Positions 19,079 through 27,969 of a stretch of 54,304 nt of DNA are shown piece after piece. Source of the DNA: Chloroflexota bacterium. GTDB taxonomy: Bacteria > Chloroflexota > Limnocylindria > Limnocylindrales > Limnocylindraceae. Position 1 is the stretch's first letter. Every line of letters begins with the position of its first letter. Location of the stretch: the NCBI GenBank assembly GCA_038145565.1, contig JAYQPX010000004.1, forward strand, positions 1 through 54,304, written 5' to 3'. The position numbers and the translations under genes were made by a program. The notes under the pieces were generated by a model, which was given only the letters and a program-made list of their open reading frames with translations, ran no database searches and was not told where the DNA came from.

Positions 19079-20515
19079 ATGAAGCCACAGAAGATCCTGG
19101 TTGCCGGTTCCTGGGAGGAGTCGCGGCACCCACATGAGGTCCGCTCTCCGTTTGATGGGCGCGCGGTCGGGAGCACCTTCCTCGCAAGCCCCGAGCAGAT
19201 GGAACGCGCGGTGATTGGCGCGCAGGCGGGATTTGAGCGAATGCGTGCGCTCGGCGCATGGGAGCGATCCGAGATCCTGCGCAAGACCGCCGCTGGAATT
19301 AGCGCGCGGAGGGAAGAACTTGGCGCACTCCTCTCCGCTGAGGCGGGGAAGCCGATCCGCGACGCACGCGCCGAGATTGATCGTGGCGCGCTCACCTTCC
19401 GGCTCGCCGCCGAAGAGGCGGAGCGGATAATCGGCGAGACGATCCCGCTCGACCTTGCCCCGTCCAGTAAAGGACGCCTCGGCATCACGCGTCGCTTCCC
19501 AGTCGGTCCAGTGCTCGGTATCAGTCCCTTCAACTTCCCGTTGAACCTCGCCGCACATAAGGTGGCGCCAGCGATCGCCGCCGGCTGCAGCATCGTCTTG
19601 AAGCCGCCCTCCGCGGACCCACTGATCATGTTGAAGGTGGCGGAGATCATGACGGAGGCGGGTCTCCCAGAAGGTGCGCTCAGCGTGATTCCCACCGCGC
19701 GCGACGTTGCGGACAAACTCATCGACGACGAGCGCTTCCGCCTACTCTCTTTTACCGGCTCACCAGAGATCGGCTGGAAGATGAAAGCGCGCGCAGGGAA
19801 GCGACGCGTCCTTCTCGAGCTTGGCGGCAATGCCGCCTGCATCGTGGATGCGAGCGCCAACCTTGACTGGGCGGTGAAGCGTGCACTTGTCGGCGCCTTT
19901 GCCTACGCCGGACAGGTCTGCATCAGTGTGCAGCGCATTTTCCTCCATGAGTCAATCGCTGAAGCGTTCGAAACGCGCTTCGCTGCGGGCGCCGCGAAGT
20001 TGAAGGTGGGCGATCCAGCCGACGAGGCGACCGATGTTGGCCCCCTCATCGATGACGGTGCAGCGGAGCGCACTCAAGAGTGGATCGCCGAAGCGGTCGC
20101 CGCGGGGGCGCGACTCCTCGCGGGTGGTGCGCCTGTGAAGGCGAGCGAGCCACGCCTCTTCGCACCAACCATCCTCACCAACGTGCCGCGCAGCGAGCGC
20201 ATCTGCAGTGACGAAGCCTTTGCCCCTGTGGTGATCCTTGAGCGCTACAGCGATTTTTCCAAAGTGATCGAGTCTGTTAACGAGAGCCGCTTCGGCTTGC
20301 AGTGCGGCCTCTTCAGCAACGACCTTGCCCATGTGCGCACGGCATTTGACCAGTTAGAGGTGGGTGGCGTGATTGTGAATGACGTCCCTACCTATCGCAT
20401 TGACAACATGCCGTACGGCGGCGTGAAGGAGTCCGGTCTCGGCCGCGAAGGGATTCGCTGGTCGATTGAAGAGATGACGGAGCTCCGCCTCCTCGTCCTC
20501 GCCGACCCTCAGTAA
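19079..20515 (+). CDS. NAD(P)-dependent aldehyde dehydrogenase
   Basis: PFNFP, SFTGS, LELGGN, catalytic GQVCIS and YGGVKESGLGREG motifs. Substrate not assignable. Confidence 0.93.
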   Translation: MKPQKILVAGSWEESRHPHEVRSPFDGRAVGSTFLASPEQMERAVIGAQAGFERMRALGAWERSEILRKTAAGISARREELGALLSAEAGKPIRDARAEIDRGALTFRLAAEEAERIIGETIPLDLAPSSKGRLGITRRFPVGPVLGISPFNFPLNLAAHKVAPAIAAGCSIVLKPPSADPLIMLKVAEIMTEAGLPEGALSVIPTARDVADKLIDDERFRLLSFTGSPEIGWKMKARAGKRRVLLELGGNAACIVDASANLDWAVKRALVGAFAYAGQVCISVQRIFLHESIAEAFETRFAAGAAKLKVGDPADEATDVGPLIDDGAAERTQEWIAEAVAAGARLLAGGAPVKASEPRLFAPTILTNVPRSERICSDEAFAPVVILERYSDFSKVIESVNESRFGLQCGLFSNDLAHVRTAFDQLEVGGVIVNDVPTYRIDNMPYGGVKESGLGREGIRWSIEEMTELRLLVLADPQ

Positions 20516-20529
20516 GCGCGAGCTGCGCG

Positions 20530-20907
20530 CTAGGTTGAGAGACCGTCGGGCGCGTCGGAGGAAAGGCGTTCAAGCACCTCCTCGACTCGCTTGACCGCTC
20601 GACGTTGCCGTTTGCGGGCATCTCGGACCGCCTCGTACGCGTCGCCGCTCAACGTTGCAACGTTTCCTGCGATCAGAACTTCGCGATCGCCGCGCGGGGT
20701 CTCCTCATCTTCGCATGCTGTCTCTACGCGCGCGGCAGGACGCGACGTCGGACCCGATGCCGATCCAGGGAGCGCCGCGCGCCCAAGGAGTGCGGCAATC
20801 GCACGCACCGCCTCTACCGGCGCGGCCTCACCCGCTTCTGCGCTCGGTGTGCTCAGTGCAGGAGGGAGCGGCACGCTTCTGCGTTTGGCTCGTGACTCAT
20901 CACTCAT
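20530..20907 (-). CDS. hypothetical Ala/Pro-rich protein (125 aa)
   Basis: Fills the gap between two real genes. GAGAAT-N6-ATG start at 20907; charged helical C-terminus. Confidence 0.6.
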   Translation of the reverse strand: MSDESRAKRRSVPLPPALSTPSAEAGEAAPVEAVRAIAALLGRAALPGSASGPTSRPAARVETACEDEETPRGDREVLIAGNVATLSGDAYEAVRDARKRQRRAVKRVEEVLERLSSDAPDGLST

Positions 20908-20978
20908 CGTCCTATTCTCACCGATCCTTGGACCGCCTGCGATGAGGTTGGGCTGCGGGTGAGTGCTACGCTCGTTGA

Positions 20979-21794
20979 ATGTCCGTCGAGAGCATTGCCC
21001 GTTCACTCGCCTTCATCAACTGGGTGGTGCTTGTGGCCCTCGCCGTTGGCTCGCTGGCCGCGCTCCTCCTGCTCACTCATCGCGCAGAGTCCACACGCGG
21101 CTACCGCGGCTTTACCGTGTTCGCCGCGGGCGGCTGGGCCTTCCTCGCCTGGCTCGCAGACGGCGCACTCCCTGTGCCAGATGCCGGGGCACCGATTCAG
21201 TCAGCGGGTCCAGAGCTCGATGCGCTGCGTCGGCTTCTTCTCGTCCTCGTTGCATCGCTCGCCACGCTCTGGACGCTGCGGATTGCCCGCGGAAGCGACG
21301 GTCGGATCGTCGGCGCGATCACGGTGGCGGTTGGCGTGGGCGTGATTCTGGTCGGGACACTCGGCTGGGGGACCACGCCACTCATCGCGATCGCGCTCAC
21401 GTCACAACTCCTCATCCTTGCCTACGTCACCGGCTGCGCGTTTGCTGCCATGATCTTGGCGCACTGGTACCTGGTGACTCCGAAGCTTCCAGAGTCACCA
21501 CTCCTACTGCTCAGTCGCGCGCTCGGGATTGGCATTGCTATACAGATCGCGCTCTTCCTGATCTGGCAGCTGATGGGGCTTGGCGGACTCGGTGCCGGCT
21601 GGGACTTCTTCGCAATCCTGCGGCTCCTCATCGGACTCATCTTCCCGGCACTTCTCACATACGCCGGCTGGCGCACTGCTCGCGCTCGTTCCATGGAGTC
21701 GGCCACCGGCCTTCTCTACATTGATCTTGGCGCGGTGATCACGGGTACGATCCTTGCGAGCGGCCTCTTTTTCGGCGCGGGCATCCTCGTCTAG
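20979..21794 (+). CDS. multi-pass membrane protein (MILAHWYL motif)
   Basis: About 7-8 hydrophobic segments. Leaderless TACGCT-N6-ATG start; ends 2 nt before the moaD-moaE ATG. Confidence 0.8.
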   Translation: MSVESIARSLAFINWVVLVALAVGSLAALLLLTHRAESTRGYRGFTVFAAGGWAFLAWLADGALPVPDAGAPIQSAGPELDALRRLLLVLVASLATLWTLRIARGSDGRIVGAITVAVGVGVILVGTLGWGTTPLIAIALTSQLLILAYVTGCAFAAMILAHWYLVTPKLPESPLLLLSRALGIGIAIQIALFLIWQLMGLGGLGAGWDFFAILRLLIGLIFPALLTYAGWRTARARSMESATGLLYIDLGAVITGTILASGLFFGAGILV

Positions 21795-21796
21795 CA

Positions 21797-22555
21797 ATGC
21801 AGGTGCGCGTCCGACTCTTCGCGATGCTTCGGGCTCGTGAGGGTGCCGACCAAATTGAGATCGACCTTGACGATGGCGCAAGCGCTGCGCAACTCGTTGA
21901 TAACTTCTTCTCCACACGGCCCGAACTCGAATCACTCCGACCGCACCTGCGGTTGGGGTTGAACGGAGTCTTACTGGCCCGTGATGCCAATCTTTCGCAG
22001 ATCCGAGTGAATCCAGACGATGAGATCGCGCTCCTTCCGCCAGCGAGTGGCGGTTCGCGTGGGCGGCGATCGGTGAAGATCACCACAGCGCCGCTGCCAG
22101 ACGATGCCGCGGAGCAGCTCATCTCCGAGATTGCGACGAGTTCCGAGGGTGCAATCGTGGTCTTTGTCGGACGCACACGGATCTCGCCTGGAACGCCAGC
22201 GCCAGGCGAAGAGGCAGCGGCTGCGCAGTTCGCAGGGGAGCGCGTGCTGGCTCTTGAGTACGAGGCGGCGGAACCCTATGCGCTTGCAGAGATCAACGAC
22301 ATCTGCGAACGCCTGATCGACGATGGGCTTGCTGGCGAGGGTGGCATTGGGGTTTGGCACGCGGTTGGGAGAGTTCCAGTCGGTTCGATCAGCATCATCA
22401 CCGTGGTGGCGTCACCGCATCGCGATCGTGCATACATCGTGAGCCGTGCGCTGATTGACTCCATCAAGCAGGATGTGCCGATCTGGAAGGCGGAGCTCTA
22501 CGAGAGTGGTCGCGTCTGGAACGCGAACCGCGACGCGCTTACGAAATCTTCTTGA
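21797..22555 (+). CDS. moaE: MoaD-MoaE fusion (molybdopterin synthase, MoaX-like)
   Basis: N-terminal beta-grasp VRVRLFA...DEIALLPPASGG, then MoaE motifs GAIVVFVG, LEYEA, SPHR and VPIWK. Confidence 0.88.
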   Translation: MQVRVRLFAMLRAREGADQIEIDLDDGASAAQLVDNFFSTRPELESLRPHLRLGLNGVLLARDANLSQIRVNPDDEIALLPPASGGSRGRRSVKITTAPLPDDAAEQLISEIATSSEGAIVVFVGRTRISPGTPAPGEEAAAAQFAGERVLALEYEAAEPYALAEINDICERLIDDGLAGEGGIGVWHAVGRVPVGSISIITVVASPHRDRAYIVSRALIDSIKQDVPIWKAELYESGRVWNANRDALTKSS

Positions 22556-23009
22556 TCGTGTAGGTCACGCTTTCGCCGTTAGGCAGTGTGACCTGAACCT
22601 TCTCGCCAATCTTCTTCCCAAGCAGTGAGGCGCCGAGTGGGCTGACGTTTGAAATCTTCGGTGGGTCACCACTCGGATCCGCCTCGGTAGAGCCAACGAT
22701 CATGTAGGTGCGCGTCTTTCGTTCCGCGGTCACCTCAACGGTGGAGCCGAGTCCAACCTGGTCGGTGCTCGCATGCTCGTCGATCATCTCGGCGTTGCGG
22801 AGCTTCTCTTCGATCTCGAGGACCTTCCCCTCAATGAAGCTCTGCTCGTTGCGAGCGATCTCGTAGTCGGCGTTCTCTCGCAGGTCGCCGAGCTCCTTTG
22901 CCGCTTTGATGCGCGCGATCACCGCTGGGCGCTGATTGTGGACGAGGTCATGCAGCTCGGCTTCGAGTGCCTCACGTCCCGCCTTCGTCAAATAGACCGG
23001 TCCAACCAT
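22539..23009 (-). CDS. greA: transcription elongation factor GreA
   Basis: GDLRENADY and ISNVSPLGASLLGK motifs. Confidence 0.97.
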   Translation of the reverse strand: MVGPVYLTKAGREALEAELHDLVHNQRPAVIARIKAAKELGDLRENADYEIARNEQSFIEGKVLEIEEKLRNAEMIDEHASTDQVGLGSTVEVTAERKTRTYMIVGSTEADPSGDPPKISNVSPLGASLLGKKIGEKVQVTLPNGESVTYTIKKIS

Positions 23010-23019
23010 GCGGGGGAGT

Positions 23020-23430
23020 CTAGCCGTTCCCGCTCTCGCCGGCGCGAATGAGGCGCAGTGAGGCAGTGGCGAGGAGCGCGAGCGCGATCATCGTGATCTG
23101 CGGCACGAGGGGATTCCCCGCAGCGATCAGCAGAAGCGAGATGGCGGTACTCCACGCTGCGTGAAGGGTGACAGTGCGATCCGCAGGGAGGTTCAGTGCG
23201 CGGAGGCGCAGCGCGGTCGCGGCAAAGAGCGCAGCAAAGAGGAGGTCAACCGCTCCGAGTCCGATGGTGATGAAGGAAGCGATCGCCACCGGTTGATCAA
23301 GGCCGCCAGCGGGCGGCATCACGCCACCCATCAGTCCATAGGTGAGAGCTCCTGCTGCAACCAGGCCGATCCCACGAACCCACTCTGCAGCGACGAGAGC
23401 AGCGAAGCCGAGCATTCGCGCTGTTTCCAT
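23020..23430 (-). CDS. hypothetical membrane protein (about 4 TM)
   Basis: Hydrophobic ORF with a TACGCT-N6-ATG start at 23430. Confidence 0.7.
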   Translation of the reverse strand: METARMLGFAALVAAEWVRGIGLVAAGALTYGLMGGVMPPAGGLDQPVAIASFITIGLGAVDLLFAALFAATALRLRALNLPADRTVTLHAAWSTAISLLLIAAGNPLVPQITMIALALLATASLRLIRAGESGNG

Positions 23431-23521
23431 GCTCGTAGCGTACGACCTCTCACGCAAGCCTGCGCACGCGCTAAGCTCTCGTTGAGGGCTGGCGCAGCTG
23501 GCCGCAGCGAGTGAGGGTGTG

Positions 23522-23776
23522 ATGGCAGACGAGAAGAAGATCACGATGTACGGCGCGGACTGGTGCGGCGATTGCAGGCGCTCCAAGGGCTACCTCGACG
23601 CGCATGGCGTTCCATACACCTACGTGGACGTTGATGCAGATGCAGCGGCAAAGGAGATGATCGAGAAGCTCACCGGAGCAAAGTCAATCCCTGTGATCAT
23701 CTTCGACGATGGAAGCTACTTGATCGAGCCTTCCAACGACGCGCTCGGCGCAAAGGTTGGCATCGCGAAGATCTAG
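23522..23776 (+). CDS. glutaredoxin-like protein (mycoredoxin/NrdH type)
   Basis: YGADWCGDCRRSK active site and SIPV cis-Pro motif. GAGGG RBS. Confidence 0.9.
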   Translation: MADEKKITMYGADWCGDCRRSKGYLDAHGVPYTYVDVDADAAAKEMIEKLTGAKSIPVIIFDDGSYLIEPSNDALGAKVGIAKI

Positions 23777-24468
23777 TCAGATCGCGACGCGCCACCCGAG
23801 GCGAGAGGAAGCTGATCGAGGCTCGTAAGGATCACATCTGCGTACGCGTCTGCGCCGGCTGACGACGGTGCACCATCGAGCGGCACCAAGACAACGGTCA
23901 TTCCTGCCGCCTTTCCCGCCCGCGCGCCCGCGAGCGAGTCCTCAATCGCGAGGGATCGCTCCGGGGTGATCCCGAGTCGCCGGCACGCCTCTAGATACAC
24001 GTCGGGGAGCGGCTTCCCGCCTGCCACTTCGTCGCAGCTGACGTATTCGCGAACCACGTCGCTGAGTCCGAGTATCTCAAGCACGGTGCCGATCACTTCA
24101 CGCGGGCTCCCTGATGCAACAGCAACGGGTCCACGAGCGGCGGCGCGACGCAGTGCGGCGATTCCACTTGGGATCGGCCGAACCGCACCGTTTCGGTATG
24201 CAGTGAGCAGATGGTCGATGGTGAGGCGTGCAACGTGTGCGGGATCTGGGTGGTTGAACAGCTTCGCCATCCCAGCACTCCACTGCAACGTGTTGGATCC
24301 ATAAAAGGCGTGGAAGTCGTCGATCGTGATGCTGCTGCCGAGCGCTTCCGCGACGGCGTACCGCGCGTCGGCCCAGAGCGGCTCGCTATCGCAGAGCACG
24401 CCATCCATATCAAATACCACCCCTTCAGGGTCGAGCGCGATCGGCGGGAGCGGTGGCCCTGGCATCAC
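23773..24468 (-). CDS. HAD-family phosphatase
   Basis: FDMDGVLCDSEP, ASGS, GKPLPDVY and IEDS motifs. GTG 24468 lies 7 nt after TAGGCT. Confidence 0.9.
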   Translation of the reverse strand: MMPGPPLPPIALDPEGVVFDMDGVLCDSEPLWADARYAVAEALGSSITIDDFHAFYGSNTLQWSAGMAKLFNHPDPAHVARLTIDHLLTAYRNGAVRPIPSGIAALRRAAARGPVAVASGSPREVIGTVLEILGLSDVVREYVSCDEVAGGKPLPDVYLEACRRLGITPERSLAIEDSLAGARAGKAAGMTVVLVPLDGAPSSAGADAYADVILTSLDQLPLASGGASRSD

Positions 24469-24503
24469 GCGCACAAGCCTAGCGGGGCGCGTACCCTTAC
24501 CGC

Positions 24504-25598
24504 ATGATTGACCAGATCGTGATCCTTCGTGAAGGTCCAGATGCGTGGGGTGCGCGGCTCGAACAGGCCTACGCCGCAGGTGAGATCGCCGAACTTCCGT
24601 TCACCCAGACTGCCGCCTGGGCGACGTCGAAGGCGCTCACTGGCTGGGAGGCGGTTCGGATCGTTGCACTTCATCCGAGTGGCGGTTGGGCTGGCGCGCA
24701 GTTCCTGCTGCAGCGCCTCCCTGGACCACTCGGACGACTCGCCTATGCGCCACGCGCACCACTCGTTGCATGCGCGGACGCAGTCGTTGCCGAGACGCTA
24801 CGTGTGGAACTACTGCGTGGACTGCGTGCACTTCGCGCCGACGGCGTGACCCTCGTCCGCCTTGAGCCTGGGAGTTCGCTCGTCGTTGACCCAACGAGCA
24901 ACGTGGTGCAGCCCGACCCCACGCTCACCGCCAACCTACGCGCGCCGTGGATCAACGCAGCAGCGCAGATCGGCGCGCGGCTGCACCTCGCAGCGCCAAT
25001 CCAGCCGCGCTCGAGTCGGCGCATTGCTCTCGCAGGCGGCGTTGACGCAGTGCGCGCGGGCTGGCGCAGCAAGTGGCGACAGTATGCGCGTCAGGCGCTG
25101 ACCGATGGCGTGACGGTACGCCTCGGTACCGTTGATGAGCTCCCTGCACTGAGTGCCGTGATGAGTGCGATCAGCGAGCGGACTGGGAGTAAGTCGCGTA
25201 GTGGCGAAGCATTCGCCCAACTGATGCGCGCGTTTGGTCCGCGCGCAGAGCTCTTGATCGCCGAAGGGGCGCGCGCCGATGGCGCCTCTGAACTTCTCGG
25301 TGCGCTTCTGGTGGTGCGCACGGAGAGTGGGAGCACCGAACTGTTCGGCGGAGCAACGAATCGTGGGGACGAGATCCCCGCGCCATACGCGCTCAAGGCG
25401 TTTGCGATCGAACGTGCCATCGACCAAGGGAGTTCCTGGTACGACATGTGGGGCCTCGTCACCCCTGGGATTGCGCACTTCAAGGCGGGTTGGGGCGGCG
25501 ACGTGCACGCATACCCTGGGGCGCTCGATCTGGATCTCGATCCGATCCGCGGGCCGCTGGTCCGCCTCGCGCTGCGGATTCGCCGCGTGGCGAGCTAG
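24504..25598 (+). CDS. FemAB/FemX-family aminoacyl-tRNA-dependent transferase
   Basis: FTQTAAWA, LAYAPRAP, SKWRQYAR, YDMWG and HFKAGWGG match the FemABX pattern. Confidence 0.8.
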   Translation: MIDQIVILREGPDAWGARLEQAYAAGEIAELPFTQTAAWATSKALTGWEAVRIVALHPSGGWAGAQFLLQRLPGPLGRLAYAPRAPLVACADAVVAETLRVELLRGLRALRADGVTLVRLEPGSSLVVDPTSNVVQPDPTLTANLRAPWINAAAQIGARLHLAAPIQPRSSRRIALAGGVDAVRAGWRSKWRQYARQALTDGVTVRLGTVDELPALSAVMSAISERTGSKSRSGEAFAQLMRAFGPRAELLIAEGARADGASELLGALLVVRTESGSTELFGGATNRGDEIPAPYALKAFAIERAIDQGSSWYDMWGLVTPGIAHFKAGWGGDVHAYPGALDLDLDPIRGPLVRLALRIRRVAS

Positions 25599-26152
25599 GC
25601 GCTGTAGGGGGGAGTCTTCACGCGCGATCGACGCAGTGCCAGCAGTGTAAGTAAGCCAACGACGAGGACCGACCCCCAGATCAGATGCGGTGCGGCGGCG
25701 ATCAGCAGCCCGATGGCCCCGAGGAGTGTGACCAGAAGCGCGTAGTGCTGAAGCACGCCGCGTTCGGCCGCTGGCGTGAGTCGCCAGATGCGCGCTGCGG
25801 CGAGACCCGACGCAACGCCAGCTGGGATGAAAAGCGCAACGCCAACAAAGAGCGCCGCGAGAAGATCGCGCGCGAAGCGATCGAACGAGGGTAGTCCTTG
25901 GGCCGTGACGAACTCTTGAAGCAGTGCTCCAGGGTCAGCCTCAAACAACGTCAGGAGTGCAACAAACTCCTCGCCGAGTTCCGCCGCTGCGCGTGCACCG
26001 AGGAGGGACCAACTTGTGTTGCTTGCAACGAGCGCGAGGTTGATGAGTCCTCCAATCAATACGACTCCAACGAGGAGGAGGAGGAGCGAAAGGAGCGCGT
26101 TCGCGGCCGCTGCCACGATTAGCAGCACGCCTCTTCCGTTCTTAATGCTCAC
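25595..26152 (-). CDS. hypothetical membrane protein
   Basis: Four hydrophobic segments. ATGA-type overlap with the upstream PRTase stop. Confidence 0.7.
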   Translation of the reverse strand: MSIKNGRGVLLIVAAAANALLSLLLLLVGVVLIGGLINLALVASNTSWSLLGARAAAELGEEFVALLTLFEADPGALLQEFVTAQGLPSFDRFARDLLAALFVGVALFIPAGVASGLAAARIWRLTPAAERGVLQHYALLVTLLGAIGLLIAAAPHLIWGSVLVVGLLTLLALRRSRVKTPPYSA

Positions 26153-26631
26153 TCGCCCCCCTTGTATGGGTAGATCACCCAGCTCGTTGCGGTGTCGGCA
26201 AAGTGATCGGGTGCGCGATCAACCTCGCTGCGCTCCGGTTTGTAGTGAAGGACGGTGGTCCGAACCGCTGCCCCCGCCGCCTCTGCGGCAGCGACGACCT
26301 GCTGCAGTGTCCGTCCACTCTCCCAGACCTCGTCGACGATGAGAACTCTGCGACCGCGAAGCGAATCGGCGGGCGGCATCCGTAGCAGTGCAGCCTCTGG
26401 CCGGCGGCCGCTTGCGTCGTAGTGTTCGGCCACTGCGACCAAGAGATCGCGCAGTCCCATGCGGTAGGCGAGCATTGCGCCAGGAACGAGTCCGCCGCGA
26501 CTCACCGCAAGGATTGCCTCAGGTTGCTCAGTTGCCGGCAGTGCACCAATCTCTGCGGCGAGTCGCTCAACCGCCTTGTCGAGCTCTTCCCAGCTGAGAT
26601 AGAGTGCGTCGGCTGGTGGCTGCACTCCCAT
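26149..26631 (-). CDS. type I phosphoribosyltransferase (purine-salvage-like)
   Basis: AVSRGGLVP, PRPP loop VLIVDEVWESGRTL and WVIYPY motifs. Confidence 0.88.
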   Translation of the reverse strand: MGVQPPADALYLSWEELDKAVERLAAEIGALPATEQPEAILAVSRGGLVPGAMLAYRMGLRDLLVAVAEHYDASGRRPEAALLRMPPADSLRGRRVLIVDEVWESGRTLQQVVAAAEAAGAAVRTTVLHYKPERSEVDRAPDHFADTATSWVIYPYKGGE

Positions 26632-27816
26632 CTACTTCACGTGTGCGAGCGCGCGATCAAAATCTCGGATGATGTCGTCTGACCCCTCAATGCCCACGCT
26701 GATGCGGAAGATTCCGCCGCGCTTCGGCATTGGATAGACGAGCGTGTCGACTTCGCCAAGGCTCACCCCTACGCCGAAGAGTGCGATGTTGTCGGCAAAT
26801 GCGCGCATTGCATCGAGCGGATCGACGCCTGCGGCTGCGCGCGGCTTGAATGACAGCATGCCGCCCCACTTCCCACCAAGGATTCGATCCGCCACCGCGC
26901 GATCAGGATGTGAGGCGAGGCTCGGGTGACGCACCCACTCCACCTTCTCGTGACCCTCCAAGAAGGCGGCCAGCTTCGTTGCATTCGCTGTGGCGCGTTC
27001 GATGCGGAGTGGCAGTGTGCGCGCGCCGCGCGCAATGAGCCAGGAGTTGAACGGCGAGGGCGCGCCACCGAGAAGATCGGTTTGTCGGCGAATCGGATCA
27101 ACGAGCGCTTTCGACCCGGCGGCAACTCCGCCGAGCGCATCACCGTGTCCAGAGATCCACTTGGTGGTGGTCTGCAACACGAGGTCCGCGCCGAACTCAA
27201 GGGGGCGAATCGTGACCGAGCTCAAGAAGGTGTTGTCGATGACGAGCAGCGCGTTCGCGTTGTGTGCAATCGTTGCGAGCGCTGGGACATCGCTGATCCT
27301 CATCCACGGGTTGGAGAGCACCTCTGCGAAGATGATCTTCGTATTAGGCCGTATTGCCGCCTTTACCGCTGCAAGGTCCGTGATCACGACCGGCGTCACG
27401 TCGATGCCGCGAGACGGGAAGTCCTCGGCGAAGAGGATCTGGCTAATGATGAAGAGGTCGTCCGCAACGATCAAGTGGTCGCCGCTCTTGAGATGCGCAA
27501 GCAGACCGGCGGAGATTGCAGACATGCCTGCCGCCGACGCGATCGCGCTCTCCGAACCTTCGAGTGCGGCGAGCTTCTCCTCGAGCGCCGCCGTGGTGGG
27601 GTTGTTGGTGCGCGTGTAGAAGTATCTGTTCGGCTCCCAAGCGAGTGCGCCGTCAACCGCCGCCTCTTTCTCATCCGCCGTCTCGAATGTGAAGGTGGCT
27701 GTCTGATAGATGGGGAGGTTGTGTGCGCGAGTGGTTGGATCAGCCCCCTCGCCCGCGTGCACGGCGATCGTGTCGATCGCCGCCTTCTTGAGGTCCTGCT
27801 TCCCGTCTTTTGCCAT
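26632..27816 (-). CDS. PLP-dependent Cys/Met metabolism (trans-sulfuration family) enzyme
   Basis: PIYQTATF, YTRTNNPT, GMSAI, VIDNTF, PLP-Lys TTKWISGHGD and RISVGIE motifs. Confidence 0.9.
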   Translation of the reverse strand: MAKDGKQDLKKAAIDTIAVHAGEGADPTTRAHNLPIYQTATFTFETADEKEAAVDGALAWEPNRYFYTRTNNPTTAALEEKLAALEGSESAIASAAGMSAISAGLLAHLKSGDHLIVADDLFIISQILFAEDFPSRGIDVTPVVITDLAAVKAAIRPNTKIIFAEVLSNPWMRISDVPALATIAHNANALLVIDNTFLSSVTIRPLEFGADLVLQTTTKWISGHGDALGGVAAGSKALVDPIRRQTDLLGGAPSPFNSWLIARGARTLPLRIERATANATKLAAFLEGHEKVEWVRHPSLASHPDRAVADRILGGKWGGMLSFKPRAAAGVDPLDAMRAFADNIALFGVGVSLGEVDTLVYPMPKRGGIFRISVGIEGSDDIIRDFDRALAHVK

Positions 27817-27843
27817 GGCGGCAGTGTAGTGGGGCGTGAGGAG

Positions 27844-27919
27844 TGGAGCGGGAGACGAGGTTCGAACTCGCGACCTTCTGCTTGGGAAGCAGACGCTCTA
27901 CCAACTGAGCTACTCCCGC
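27844..27919 (-). tRNA. tRNA-Gly (anticodon CCC), CCA encoded
   Basis: Reverse complement GCGGGAGTAGCTCAGTTGGTAGAGCGTCTGCTTCCCAAGCAGAAGGTCGCGAGTTCGAACCTCGTCTCCCGCTCCA folds as a 76-nt cloverleaf with U73. -10 TATCCT upstream. Confidence 0.97.
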
Positions 27920-27969
27920 GTGGGGGGTGAGGATAGCGCATGAGGAGTGGGGGAGGCTACGCTCTGGGC

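Noticed and set aside
27844-27919. tRNA-Gly as a possible island integration site
   Set aside because: No integrase, no duplicated tRNA 3' end seen and housekeeping-type genes on both sides.
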